DNA from: an uncultured delta proteobacterium
GTDB taxonomy: Bacteria > Desulfobacterota > Syntrophobacteria > BM002
Direction: 5' to 3'
DNA length: 16,930 nt
Assembly: GCA_963712115.1 (NCBI GenBank)
Contig: CAVQGX010000044.1
Location: 1 to 16,930, forward strand
Shown: in pieces, positions 1-9,022 of the stretch
Layout of the letters: the number at the start of each line of letters is the position of its first letter
How positions within the stretch are numbered: position 1 is the stretch's first letter
Notes under the pieces: generated by a model
Seen by the model: only the letters and a program-made list of their open reading frames with translations
Databases searched by the model: none
Told to the model about the DNA's origin: nothing
Program-made: the position numbers and the translations under genes

Positions 1-160
1 CAAGCGAACAATTCAGAAAGCGGTGAGCGGTAAGCGGAAGGCTCCGGCGAGACTGGCGAGACGAGAGGTCGGGCGAGACGGGGATATTCAGCAGACAGAT
101 GACAGCGGACAGCGGGCAGCGGGCAGCGGGCAGCGGGCAGCAAAAAGGGGGACGCTGCTC
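1..160 (+). repeat. Mosaic intergenic repeat, copy A (left end cut by the window edge)
   Basis: Begins CAAGCGAACAATTCAG as in copy D (6688; variant in copy B at 941). It then has CGGT(G/A)AG heptamers, GGCGAGAC nonamer-like units and a heptamer array with 4 perfect GGGCAGC units (114-141). 63-146 resembles 5896-5974. Confidence 0.9.
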
Positions 161-178
161 AATAACTCTAATTCTTCC

Positions 179-724
179 CTACTGACTCTTCTCGTCTTGC
201 AGTTGTTTCACCAGACGCCTATATTTTTCATGGATCATCTCTTTGTCAAATTCCCAGAATTCCTCAAGCATAGAGTCCTGTTCCTCTTGACTGAAATATT
301 TTTCGGTTGCCGGGAAGAAGACCTTATCTTCTTTCTCTATGTGTTTCGGATAAAAATTGACCAGCACATCGAGCTTGTCCAGGATAACTTCTAAAGCGCC
401 TGTTTGCCCTTGAAGATACTTTTCTTTAGCCTCAACTAATTCCTTCACCGTTTTTCTGCCATACTTGTGCTCATCAATTAACTCTTGCATTATTTTTTTA
501 TCTAGTTCTGCTATGTTCTTTTTCTCAAGATCCCTGAATAGGATATCTTCCTCCTTGCCATGGTGTGTTCTATCAGCGTACATTCGGATGAAGTCAACAG
601 TTGTATCTATAAAGATCGGATCCACTTGTTTTAGTTCTTCTATTTGCTCTATTTCTTTTCTTACCAGCTCAAACATTTTCTCAATAAGCCGATGTTCAAT
701 CATTAAAGGACCTCTTGGTTTCAT
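179..724 (-). CDS. Hemerythrin/HHE cation-binding domain protein (~181 aa)
   Basis: Motifs LMIEHRLI, HHGKEEDILF, LIDEH and HIEKEDKVFFP. Start moved from 778 to the ATG at 724, which follows a GGAGGTG RBS. Confidence 0.9.
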   Translation of the reverse strand: MKPRGPLMIEHRLIEKMFELVRKEIEQIEELKQVDPIFIDTTVDFIRMYADRTHHGKEEDILFRDLEKKNIAELDKKIMQELIDEHKYGRKTVKELVEAKEKYLQGQTGALEVILDKLDVLVNFYPKHIEKEDKVFFPATEKYFSQEEQDSMLEEFWEFDKEMIHEKYRRLVKQLQDEKSQ

Positions 725-895
725 AGCTACACCTCCGTCATAAGTCATTATAACTACTGCTTGATCCAAAAGACCCACAAGCAGCAGTTATCTTGATGTT
801 TGGTTTTATGTCTACAGGGTCATAGGATTTGAGTGCAAAATAATATGTCTCCCACTTTTAACCCCTATCCTAAAATGGGGATGGTGGCCTTCGCG

Positions 896-909
896 ATGAC
901 TTAAGTCAA
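896..909. promoter_or_regulatory. Palindromic operator candidate ATGAC-TTAA-GTCAA (CRP/FNR-family-like)
   Basis: Perfect 12-bp palindrome TGACTTAAGTCA (897-908), a 9/10 match to TTGAC-N4-GTCAA, between divergent genes. Confidence 0.4.
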
Positions 910-915
910 AACTAA

Positions 916-1245
916 GTAAAAACTGAAATGGGGTAGGGCCCAGCGAACAATTCAGTAAGCGGTGAGCGGTGAAAAAGGCAGGGTAAGGGAAGGCTCAAGG
1001 CTATTTATGTCACTTGGCTTCGCCGTCATTAGGTCACTACGCTGCGCTGTCATTTGTTGTAAGAGGAAGAGCGCATGGAGCATAGAGTAAAGCGAGACGA
1101 GGATTTAAGCGGGAAGTCGGAGATATCCGGCCGTGGAATTCTATTGTGCGGGATGAGCCAACCGCTGCTAGCGATAAGACCGACCAAACTGGCTAACCGG
1201 CAAAAAAGAAGGATAATTTGGCCCGACCCCGGTTCAGTATTTTAC
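916..1245 (+). repeat. Mosaic intergenic repeat, copy B, with ~25-bp imperfect terminal inverted repeats
   Basis: 916-940 GTAAAAACTGAAATGGGGTAGGGCC matches the reverse complement of 1220-1245 (GTAAAATACTGAACCGGGGTCGGGCC). 990-1105 is identical to 6769-6884 (116 bp). Confidence 0.92.
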
Positions 1246-1383
1246 GTTCATACCTCTCATATACATTGGCCTTTTCTCATTTAGAGTGTAAAATACTGTC
1301 TTTGCCCGGCCATCGCCTGAACTGTTTAGGGACCGGGTTTTTTCATACTTTGATAGATTAGCCAAATACAGTGAAAAAGACGT

Positions 1384-2583
1384 ATGAACGTGGACGCTGC
1401 ACCTGATTCGCCGAAGGAAAAGAAGTTGAAGTCTAGAAAGACTGGAATCACGGCCACTGTTTTTATTCTGCTCGGTCTTGGCGTTTCGCTCTGGGTTGGC
1501 CTCTCCTTTTGGACGCAAGACGTAGGACGGCCGCAAAACCCTGCTAAACAAGAAAAAGTACCGGTAGTTATAGGAACGGCAACACAAAAGACAGTGCCTG
1601 TGCAGTTACATGCCATAGGAAACGTGGAGGGCTATGCCTCTGTGGCCATTAAAGCGAGGGTCGATGGTGAGCTCACCGCTGTCCATTTTCAGGAGGGCCA
1701 AGAGGTAAAGAAAGGGGATTTGCTCTTTACGATTGACCCACGTCCCTATGAGGTCGCCCTCAAAGAGGCAAAGGCTCAGCTGGAAAAAGATACGATTCTT
1801 GCCCAAAAAGCGGAAAAAGATCTGTTGCGCTACCAAGCACTCGTCGATTCAGACACTATTAGCCAGGAACAATATGATCAAGTTTATTCCAACGCCAAAG
1901 CCCTCAAAGCTTCAGTGGAAGTGGATGACGCCCGCATTGAACAGGCCAAGTTGGCGCTGAACTATTGTTTCATTCGATCACCGATCACAGGTCGCACCGG
2001 AAATCTCCAGGTGGACCAGGGCAACCAGATCGAGGCGAATGACGACCAAGCCATGGTGCATATTCTCCAGATTGAGCCGGTCTATGTAAGTTTCGCCGTC
2101 CCGGAAAAGAACATTGCGGCGATCAAGAGGTACATGGCCAATGGGAGACTCGAGGTCGAGGTTTCCCTGCCACAGGAAGAGCGACTCGTCGAGAAGGGCT
2201 TTCTGAGCTTCCTGGACAATGAGGTGGACAAGAAAACAGGAACCATCCGGCTCAAGGCGACTTTCACCAACAAGAACGGTCAGCTGTGGCCGGGCCAGTT
2301 TGTGGATGTGGCTCTGACTGTTGCCACCATGCCGGATGCGGTGGTGGTTCCTTCCCAAGCAATTCAGACCGGACAGCAAGGCCAATATGCCTTTGTGGTC
2401 AAGCCGGATCTCACGGTTGAGGCTCGCCCTCTAGTGGTCAAAATGACACTCAATGATGAAGCCGTAGTGGAGGGTCTCGTTGACGGGGAAAGGGTGGTTA
2501 CCGAAGGCCAGCTCAGGCTGGTCCCGGGTGCCCACGTGGAAATCATGAACCCGCCGGAGGGCAAAGAAACAGATAAGACATGA
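1384..2583 (+). CDS. RND efflux periplasmic adaptor (membrane fusion protein), MdtA-like
   Basis: N-terminal TM anchor; ARVDGELTAVHFQEGQEVKKGDLLFTIDPRPY, IRSPITGRTG, TGTIRLKATF, LWPGQFV and GERVVTEGQ. ATGA overlap with the downstream permease. Confidence 0.95.
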   Translation: MNVDAAPDSPKEKKLKSRKTGITATVFILLGLGVSLWVGLSFWTQDVGRPQNPAKQEKVPVVIGTATQKTVPVQLHAIGNVEGYASVAIKARVDGELTAVHFQEGQEVKKGDLLFTIDPRPYEVALKEAKAQLEKDTILAQKAEKDLLRYQALVDSDTISQEQYDQVYSNAKALKASVEVDDARIEQAKLALNYCFIRSPITGRTGNLQVDQGNQIEANDDQAMVHILQIEPVYVSFAVPEKNIAAIKRYMANGRLEVEVSLPQEERLVEKGFLSFLDNEVDKKTGTIRLKATFTNKNGQLWPGQFVDVALTVATMPDAVVVPSQAIQTGQQGQYAFVVKPDLTVEARPLVVKMTLNDEAVVEGLVDGERVVTEGQLRLVPGAHVEIMNPPEGKETDKT

Positions 2584-5500
2584 ACACCTCAGCCCTCTTT
2601 ATCCGCAGACCGGTGATGACAACGCTGATTATGTTGTCTATTCTCCTGTTCGGCGCCATGGGTTACAGGCTCTTGCCCGTGAGCGATCTACCCAACGTGG
2701 ATTTCCCCACCATCCTGGTCACCGCCAGCCTCCCGGGGGCAAGCCCGGAGACCATGGCTACTGCCGTGGCCACCCCCTTGGAACGACAGTTTTCCACCAT
2801 CGCCGGGCTGGATTCTATGACCTCGATCAGCTCTCTTGGGGCGAGCCAGATTACGCTTCAGTTCAACCTCAACCGGAACATAGATGCCGCCGCCCAGGAT
2901 GTCCAGTCGGCCATTGCCAGGGCCCAGGGCCAGCTACCCGACGATATGCCCAATCCACCCAGCTATCGTAAGGTCAATCCAGCGGACCAGCCCATCCTGT
3001 ACCTGGCTCTCACCTCTCCCACTCTTCCTCTGTATGCTCTGAACGAATATGCCGAGACCATGATGGCCCAGCGCATCTCCATGGTGAGCGGCGTGGCGCA
3101 GGTCCTCGTTTACGGCGCCCAGAAGTACGCCGTCCGCATCCAGCTCAATCCCAAAGCCCTCGCCAGTCGGGGAATCGGGATCGACGAGGTGGCCCAGGCA
3201 ATACGCAACGCCAACGTAAACCTACCCACCGGCATTCTGTACGGAACCAGCAAGGCCTTTACCGTAAAGGCCAGTGGGCAGCTTACCACTGCTGCGGCCT
3301 ACCACCCCATTATCGTTGCCCATAGCGATGGTGACCCCGTACGATTGCGGGATGTGGGCCGGGCCATTGACAGCGTGGAAAATGATAAGACTGCAGCCTG
3401 GTACGTGAATGAGCGCTCGCTGATTCTGGCCATCCAGCGCCAGCCGGGGACCAATACGGTGCAGGTGGCAAAGGATGTCAAAGAACTCCTTCCAGCTTTC
3501 CGAGCTGACCTCCCGGCTTCGGTTTCTCTGAACATACTCTACGACCGTTCTGAATCCATCCAGGCCTCGGTAAACGACGTCAAATTCACCCTGGTGTTCA
3601 CCCTCTTTCTGGTGGTTTTCGTCATTTTCCTTTTCATTCGCAGCCTACCCTCAACCATCATCCCCAGCCTGGCCATGCCCATGTCCATCGTCGGCACTTT
3701 TGCGGTCATGTACCTCTTGGGTTACAGCCTCGACAACCTGTCTCTCATGGCTCTGGTCCTCTCCATCGGCTTCGTCATAGACGATGCCATCGTCATGCTT
3801 GAAAACATCGTCCGCCACCTGGAGATGGGCGAGGGTGTGCTCGAAGCGGCACTGAACGGCTCAAAAGAAATCGGCTTCACCATCGTTTCCATGACCATCT
3901 CCCTGGCAGCCGTCTTCATCCCGGTGCTTTTCATGGGGGGCATCGTCGGTCGGCTTTTTCGCGAGTTTGCGGTCACTATCGGTGTGGCTGTAATAGTCTC
4001 CGGCTTCGTCTCGCTCACGCTCACGCCCATGCTCTGTAGTCTCTTTCTTCGGCCGCCGGGCCTGGTAGAACACGGTCGCTTCTACTTTCTCACCGAGGGT
4101 ATCTACGAGCGTATACTTCGCCTGTATGGACGGAGTCTGAGGTGGTTCCTCCGGCATCGCCGAACAACCATGATTTTCCTGGCCGTCGTTGTGGCGGCCA
4201 GCATGATTCTCTTCAAGTTGGTACCGAAAGGCTTCCTGCCCGCTGAGGACAGGGGACAGCTTTTTGCAATGACCGAGGCTGCTGAGGGGATCTCCTGGAA
4301 TGCCATGATGAACTACCAGCTGGCCGTGGCAAAGATTGCTGCGGAGAACCCGAATGTAGAGGCCTTTATGTCCAGTGCCGGAGCCAGAGCGGGAAGTATC
4401 ACCGGCACCAACTCCGGCTTTCTCTTCATCCTGCTGAAGCCCAAACCTGAGAGGAAGCTCAGCGTAGAACAGATCATGGAGGAACTGCGGCCAAAACTGT
4501 CACAGATGCCGGGTATTCGCGTCTTCATGCAGAACCCACCACCGATTCGAATCGGCGGGCGACTCAGCAAGAGTCAGTATCAGTACACGCTACAAAGCAC
4601 AAACACGGAAGAACTATACCGCTACGCCCCACTGCTTGCGGAGAAAATGCGCACCCTTCCAGGCTTCCTGGATGTGACCACCGATTTGCAGCTCAAAAAC
4701 CCTCAGGTGAATGTGGAGATCGACAGGGATAAGGCCTCAATGGTTGGGGTGACTGCGGAGCAGATCGAGGACGCCCTCTACAGTGCCTATGGCTCCCGGC
4801 CCATATCGACCATTTACGCCGCCACCAATGACTACGAGGTCATCATGGAACTTGAGCCCCAGTACCAGATGGACCCAGATGCTCTGTCCATGCTTTATAT
4901 CCGTTCTGCAAACGGTCAACTGGTGCCGCTGAATTCAATCGCCACAATAACCCAGGTACTCGGGCCGCTCACCATCAACCATTCCGGGCAACTCCCGGCT
5001 GTCACCGTCTCCTTCAATCTCCAACCGCAATATTCCCTGGGTGCAGCGGTAACCACCCTGGAGAGAATGGCCAAGACAGTTCTCCCTCCCACCGTAACCG
5101 CGAACTTTCAGGGAACAGCGCAAGTTTTTCAATCATCTTTGCGAGGGCTGGGACTGTTGCTGCTTACCACCATTCTGGTGATTTACATCGTCTTGGGTAT
5201 CCTCTATGAGAGCTTCATTCATCCGCTCACCATCCTCACCTCTCTTCCTCTCGCCGGTTTCGGAGCTCTGGTGACCCTTGTTCTATTCGGCACCGACCTC
5301 AACATTTACTCCTTCGTGGGGCTCATCATGCTGGTGGGGCTGGTGAAGAAAAATGGGATTATCATGATCGACTTTGCCATAGAGGCGCAGAGGAGCCAAG
5401 GCAAGAAGCCGGTGGATGCCATTTATGAGGCGTGCGTTGTTCGGTTCCGACCCATCATGATGACGACCATGGCAGCCCTTATGGGTACTCTTCCCATTGC

Positions 5501-5690
5501 CATAGGCTTCGGCGCGGGGGCGGAATCGCGCCGACCCCTTGGCCTAGCCGTGGTTGGGGGGCTGCTCTTCTCCCAATTCCTGACCCTCTTTGTAACCCCC
5601 GTCTTCTATCTTTACATGGAATCTGTCCGGGAAAAACTGGGCACCTGGTCCTCCTCCCGAAGACGGGTGGGGAACGGAGTCCAGGCATAG
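2580..5690 (+). CDS. RND efflux permease, AcrB/MdtB/MdtC family
   Basis: 1036 aa; FIRRPVMT start, LPVSDLPNVDFPTI, KVNPADQPI, proton-relay motifs DDAIVMLEN, VKKNGI and RFRPIMMTT. Confidence 0.96.
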   Translation: MNTSALFIRRPVMTTLIMLSILLFGAMGYRLLPVSDLPNVDFPTILVTASLPGASPETMATAVATPLERQFSTIAGLDSMTSISSLGASQITLQFNLNRNIDAAAQDVQSAIARAQGQLPDDMPNPPSYRKVNPADQPILYLALTSPTLPLYALNEYAETMMAQRISMVSGVAQVLVYGAQKYAVRIQLNPKALASRGIGIDEVAQAIRNANVNLPTGILYGTSKAFTVKASGQLTTAAAYHPIIVAHSDGDPVRLRDVGRAIDSVENDKTAAWYVNERSLILAIQRQPGTNTVQVAKDVKELLPAFRADLPASVSLNILYDRSESIQASVNDVKFTLVFTLFLVVFVIFLFIRSLPSTIIPSLAMPMSIVGTFAVMYLLGYSLDNLSLMALVLSIGFVIDDAIVMLENIVRHLEMGEGVLEAALNGSKEIGFTIVSMTISLAAVFIPVLFMGGIVGRLFREFAVTIGVAVIVSGFVSLTLTPMLCSLFLRPPGLVEHGRFYFLTEGIYERILRLYGRSLRWFLRHRRTTMIFLAVVVAASMILFKLVPKGFLPAEDRGQLFAMTEAAEGISWNAMMNYQLAVAKIAAENPNVEAFMSSAGARAGSITGTNSGFLFILLKPKPERKLSVEQIMEELRPKLSQMPGIRVFMQNPPPIRIGGRLSKSQYQYTLQSTNTEELYRYAPLLAEKMRTLPGFLDVTTDLQLKNPQVNVEIDRDKASMVGVTAEQIEDALYSAYGSRPISTIYAATNDYEVIMELEPQYQMDPDALSMLYIRSANGQLVPLNSIATITQVLGPLTINHSGQLPAVTVSFNLQPQYSLGAAVTTLERMAKTVLPPTVTANFQGTAQVFQSSLRGLGLLLLTTILVIYIVLGILYESFIHPLTILTSLPLAGFGALVTLVLFGTDLNIYSFVGLIMLVGLVKKNGIIMIDFAIEAQRSQGKKPVDAIYEACVVRFRPIMMTTMAALMGTLPIAIGFGAGAESRRPLGLAVVGGLLFSQFLTLFVTPVFYLYMESVREKLGTWSSSRRRVGNGVQA

Positions 5691-6090
5691 GGCATGGACT
5701 AATTTGGGATTTCGGATTTCGGATTGCGAATTTGGGAATTAGAAAAGTAGAGGACTAGAAAAGTCGTTGGCGTGGTAAACGGTAAACGGTTAGCGGTGAA
5801 CGGCCAATTACTTGACTGTTTGACTAATTCCCTAATTAACTACCTGCGAGCTGTCTGCTTGTTCTGAGCGGAGTCGAAGGAGGGTGAACTCCCTGAGAGG
5901 TCGGGCAAGACGGGCGAGACGAGGATATTCAGCAGGCAGCTGACAGCGTGCAGCAGACAGCCAGCAGTAAAAAGATATCCTGGCCGCAGAATTATTGCTG
6001 TGGGCTGCAAGCTGACCGCTGCTAGCTGATAAGACCGACAAACTGGTTACCCGGCTAAACAGAAGGATAATTTGGCCCGACCACGATGTG
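5684..6090 (+). repeat. Mosaic intergenic repeat, copy C
   Basis: Modules in order: GGCAT(A/G)G, GATTTCG, GGGAATTAG/AGAAAAGT, CGGTAAA, inverse octamers, a REP-like unit (5858-5880), GGGCGAGAC, CAGC heptamers and the right end AGAAGGATAATTTGGCCCGACCACGATGTG. 5718-5880 resembles 10210-10387. Confidence 0.92.
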
Positions 6091-6125
6091 CGACGTCTTC
6101 TGCCAGGAGATTCACTTCATAATTT

Positions 6126-6326
6126 TCATCTTGCGAGGATGAGCTGTTCGCCACAATTCACACAGTATTTAGTTCCTCCAAGTCGACTTTTGGCGTGTTT
6201 CTCTTTACTACACTCTCCAATGCGGATGGCTTCATTAACCACCACACCACAGAGCGGGCAGAAGCGCACCGGAGCATCTGCTCGCCTATGATTAAAGTTG
6301 GGGCACCTCTTTCGCTGCATTAACAT
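6126..6326 (-). CDS. Small Cys/His-rich zinc-ribbon-like protein (66 aa)
   Basis: CPNFNH, FCPLCG, CSKEKH and YCVNCG motifs; purine-rich GGAGAGAG RBS upstream. Confidence 0.7.
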   Translation of the reverse strand: MLMQRKRCPNFNHRRADAPVRFCPLCGVVVNEAIRIGECSKEKHAKSRLGGTKYCVNCGEQLILAR

Positions 6327-6678
6327 TCTTCACTCTCTCTCCCCATCTGTGATTATGAACACTCGGGAAGTTCTGTATTTCTATCACTCAGTTCTTTCTC
6401 ACAAATGGCATTGTGATTAACCTTCGATCCCGTCCTTTTCCGAAACGCCTTAACCTTGGCTCCTCTTTTATCCCAGGCTAATAAATAGCCAGTGTGTCAA
6501 TTCCTGATGAGCTGCTTGAATGAGAGAGTTTACTATATATTGAAACACAATAAAACGATTAGATTGTTGCGATTTCTGCTATTTATGCTAACCTTCCAAT
6601 ATGACTCAATATTATACATATGCTCATCGTATCTACAGTCGGATGACTACCTTCAGGGTCGATACTATCTGTGATCCT

Positions 6679-7004
6679 TGGTCGGGCCAAGCGAACAATT
6701 CAGTAAGCGGTAAACGGTAAGCAGTGAGCGGTAAGGGAGCGGTAAAAAAGGCACAGGGCTTAGGGCGCAAGGCTCAAGGCTATTTATGTCACTTGGCTTC
6801 GCCGTCATTAGGTCACTACGCTGCGCTGTCATTTGTTGTAAGAGGAAGAGCGCATGGAGCATAGAGTAAAGCGAGACGAGGATTAAAACGCGGAAGTCGG
6901 AACGCGGAACGTGGAATTCTTTTGTGCTGATGGCCAACGGGCTAAGACCGGCCAAACTGGCTAACCGGCAAAACAGAAGGATAATTTAACCCGACCACGA
7001 TGTG
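6679..7004 (+). repeat. Mosaic intergenic repeat, copy D (both ends present)
   Basis: Left end TGGTCGGGCCAAGCGAACAATTCAG; right end AGAAGGATAATTTAACCCGACCACGATGTG; 116-bp block identical to copy B. Confidence 0.92.
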
Positions 7005-7263
7005 TAAAATATATTGGTGAAAAATATGTAATATTTGATGGAAACGATCAATTTGTAAAAGAAAAGCTCAACTTTAAAATCGAACTTGTCAAGATATTAT
7101 AGTCATTTTTAGTTAAAATAATGGTCGCAAATTTATCTCATACTTATTAATGTTTTTAGCTTAAAAAAAAGGCTTTTAGGCAAATTATCTAAAAAAAGTT
7201 GGTAATACTATTATAGTAATCTTTTTATATTATTACTTTCGGGAGATCATAATTATAAATTGC

Positions 7264-7293
7264 TTGACTTCCATCAAGGAAGTAGGTTATCGT
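7264..7293 (+). promoter_or_regulatory. sigma70-type promoter candidate for the csp gene, with overlapping inverted repeat
   Basis: TTGACT-18 bp-TATCGT with an AT-rich upstream region. ACTTCC-N5-GGAAGT (7267-7283) overlaps it. A GC-rich hairpin (7310-7331) lies in the ~120-nt leader. Confidence 0.5.
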
Positions 7294-7419
7294 CTAGGTA
7301 ATCAATAAAGGGCCGTCTTTATTGGCGGCCCGGTTTCGTTCTGAGGGAAAATCCATTTGTCAAAAGTGGCAACCTCGAATTTGGGACCATGAGAATTTCT
7401 TTGAAAGGAGGGTGTCACT

Positions 7420-7620
7420 ATGGCTAATGGAAGTGTCAAGTGGTTTAATGACCACAAAGGCTACGGCTTCATCGAGCAGGAAGATGGCCCGGATGTATTC
7501 GTTCACCATTCGGGGATCAACGCAAGCGGTTTCAAGTCTCTCAATGAAGGCGACAGTGTGACTTTTGATGTGGAGCAAGGCCAAAAAGGTCCTGCTGCTG
7601 TGAACGTCACCAAGGTTTAG
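7420..7620 (+). CDS. cspA: Cold-shock protein (CspA family)
   Basis: [11 protein letters not shown]1 KGYGFI, RNP2 VFVH and KGPAAVNV; AAGGAGG RBS. Confidence 0.96.
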   Translation: MANGSVKWFNDHKGYGFIEQEDGPDVFVHHSGINASGFKSLNEGDSVTFDVEQGQKGPAAVNVTKV

Positions 7621-7640
7621 TTGGCAGTAAGACGCTTATC

Positions 7641-7684
7641 AAGGGCATCTCGTCTAAATGAGGCAAGATGTCCTTTTTATTTTT
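7641..7684 (+). terminator. Intrinsic terminator after csp
   Basis: Stem AAGGGCATCTCGTCT / AGGCAAGATGTCCTT followed by a T-rich tract. Confidence 0.75.
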
Positions 7685-7849
7685 GTATGCCTTCTTGAGC
7701 CAAAGGAAACTCCTCTGTATAAAGCCATCGGAACCATTACCATTGAAAACTGCACTTTTCTACTTGTCAGGCTTAAGGACTCATAGGTTTTGAGGAATCT
7801 AGAGAAAGGCAAGTGGTAGATTTCTAATAAAGAGAAGGGAGATACGGAG

Positions 7850-9022
7850 GTGAATTTGGGAAAGCAGAATGGCACCGGGGCCAAGGGCAATCTTCTCCCT
7901 GAAGGGGGGCATGAGAATGATTTCGTTCACCCTTACTTCAAGGAAGTGGGGCGGTTCTCCCTTCTGACTCGAGAAGAAGAGATTAAGATCGCCAAGCGGA
8001 TCGAAGTTGGTCAAAAAAAGGTCGTCCAGGCGGAAAACGCCATTCAGAATTGTGGAAAGCAATTGGGTCTACCCCTCGAAGAAATTGAAGAGCCGATGGG
8101 CGTGGGCAAGAAAGATCCTCAGGAGGCAAAAGGGATTGTTAAGGAGACCGGTATATCCATCAAGAAGCTTGTGGATAAGGAGGAGACGATTCATCGTGCC
8201 CTCCAGGAGATCAGGCATGTAGAGTCGGAAACCCAGACGAGTATCTGCCAACTCAAAGAGGATTTAAGAAAGGTTCTTCACGCTCGCGAAGAGATAGAGG
8301 CTGCCAAAAAGGAGTTTGTGGAGGCGAACCAGCGTCTGGTCATCAGTATCGCTAAGAAGTACACTAATAGAGGAGTTCAGTTTCTGGACCTAATCCAGGA
8401 GGGAAATATCGGCCTCATGAAAGCTGTGGATAAGTTCGACTACCGCAGGGGATATAAGTTTGGCACCTACGCCACCTGGTGGATACGGCAGGGAATCACC
8501 CGTGCCATTCAAGATCAGGCTCGAACGATCCGACTACCCGTTCATATAGGTGAGGTGCTCAACAAGGTGATCCGGAGTTCTGGAGACCTGGCCAAGGAGA
8601 TCGGTCGGAGTCCAACCCCTGATGAGATTGCCAGGAAGATGGAACTACCCATAGAGAAAGTGAAGAAGGCACTTGAGATTGCCCGAAGAAGATACGCCAT
8701 TTCACTGGAGACTCCAGTGGGTGAACAGGACTCTCACGTGGGAGACTTCATTGCCGATAGAGCTAGCGTTTCCCCGGAAGAGGCAACGATCCAGAAGGAT
8801 CGGGCCGAGCGAGTTCATGTGATTCTTGCCACTCTAACCCCTCGTGAGGAGAAGATCTTGCGGAGACGCTTCGGAATTGGGGAGGAGACGGGACATACTC
8901 TTCAAGAGGTGGGGGATGAGTTTGGTCTGACGCGTGAACGCATTCGCCAGATTCAGGCCAAGGCCTTGAGTAAGTTGCGGCACTCCAGCCGGAGCAAAAG
9001 ATTGGCTTTTACGGAAGAATAA
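7850..9022 (+). CDS. RpoD/SigA-like sigma70 factor paralogue lacking region 1.1
   Basis: Region 1.2 [16 protein letters not shown]; region 2 [36 protein letters not shown]; region 4.2 [24 protein letters not shown]. The start may instead be the TTG at 7856, after GGAGG. Confidence 0.93.
   Translation: MNLGKQNGTGAKGNLLPEGGHENDFVHPYFKEVGRFSLLTREEEIKIAKRIEVGQKKVVQAENAIQNCGKQLGLPLEEIEEPMGVGKKDPQEAKGIVKETGISIKKLVDKEETIHRALQEIRHVESETQTSICQLKEDLRKVLHAREEIEAAKKEFVEANQRLVISIAKKYTNRGVQFLDLIQEGNIGLMKAVDKFDYRRGYKFGTYATWWIRQGITRAIQDQARTIRLPVHIGEVLNKVIRSSGDLAKEIGRSPTPDEIARKMELPIEKVKKALEIARRRYAISLETPVGEQDSHVGDFIADRASVSPEEATIQKDRAERVHVILATLTPREEKILRRRFGIGEETGHTLQEVGDEFGLTRERIRQIQAKALSKLRHSSRSKRLAFTEE

Noticed and set aside
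23-394. 123-aa ORF
   Set aside because: The N-terminus is translated heptamer repeat (SGQRAAG) and the rest is antisense to the hemerythrin gene.
1075-1284. 69-aa ORF, and likewise 5832-6041, 6665-6955, 9791-10135 and 13567-13865
   Set aside because: These are translations of the mosaic repeats with no RBS or domain support.
1606-5688. Many short alternative-frame and antisense ORFs within the RND genes
   Set aside because: Expected shadows of GC-rich coding sequence.
1384-5690. Assigning mdtA/mdtB gene symbols, or treating the missing outer-membrane factor as unusual
   Set aside because: There is only one permease, so orthology is uncertain; TolC-like partners are often encoded elsewhere.
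6399-6416. Rex or CRP binding site
   Set aside because: The half-sites are in the reverse arrangement (TCACAA-N6-TTGTGA) relative to those consensuses; kept only as an [20 protein letters not shown].
916-7004. CRISPR array or DGR template/variable repeat interpretation of the repeats
   Set aside because: There is no regular repeat-spacer period, no cas or reverse transcriptase gene, no adenine-specific mismatch pattern, and no copy inside a target CDS.
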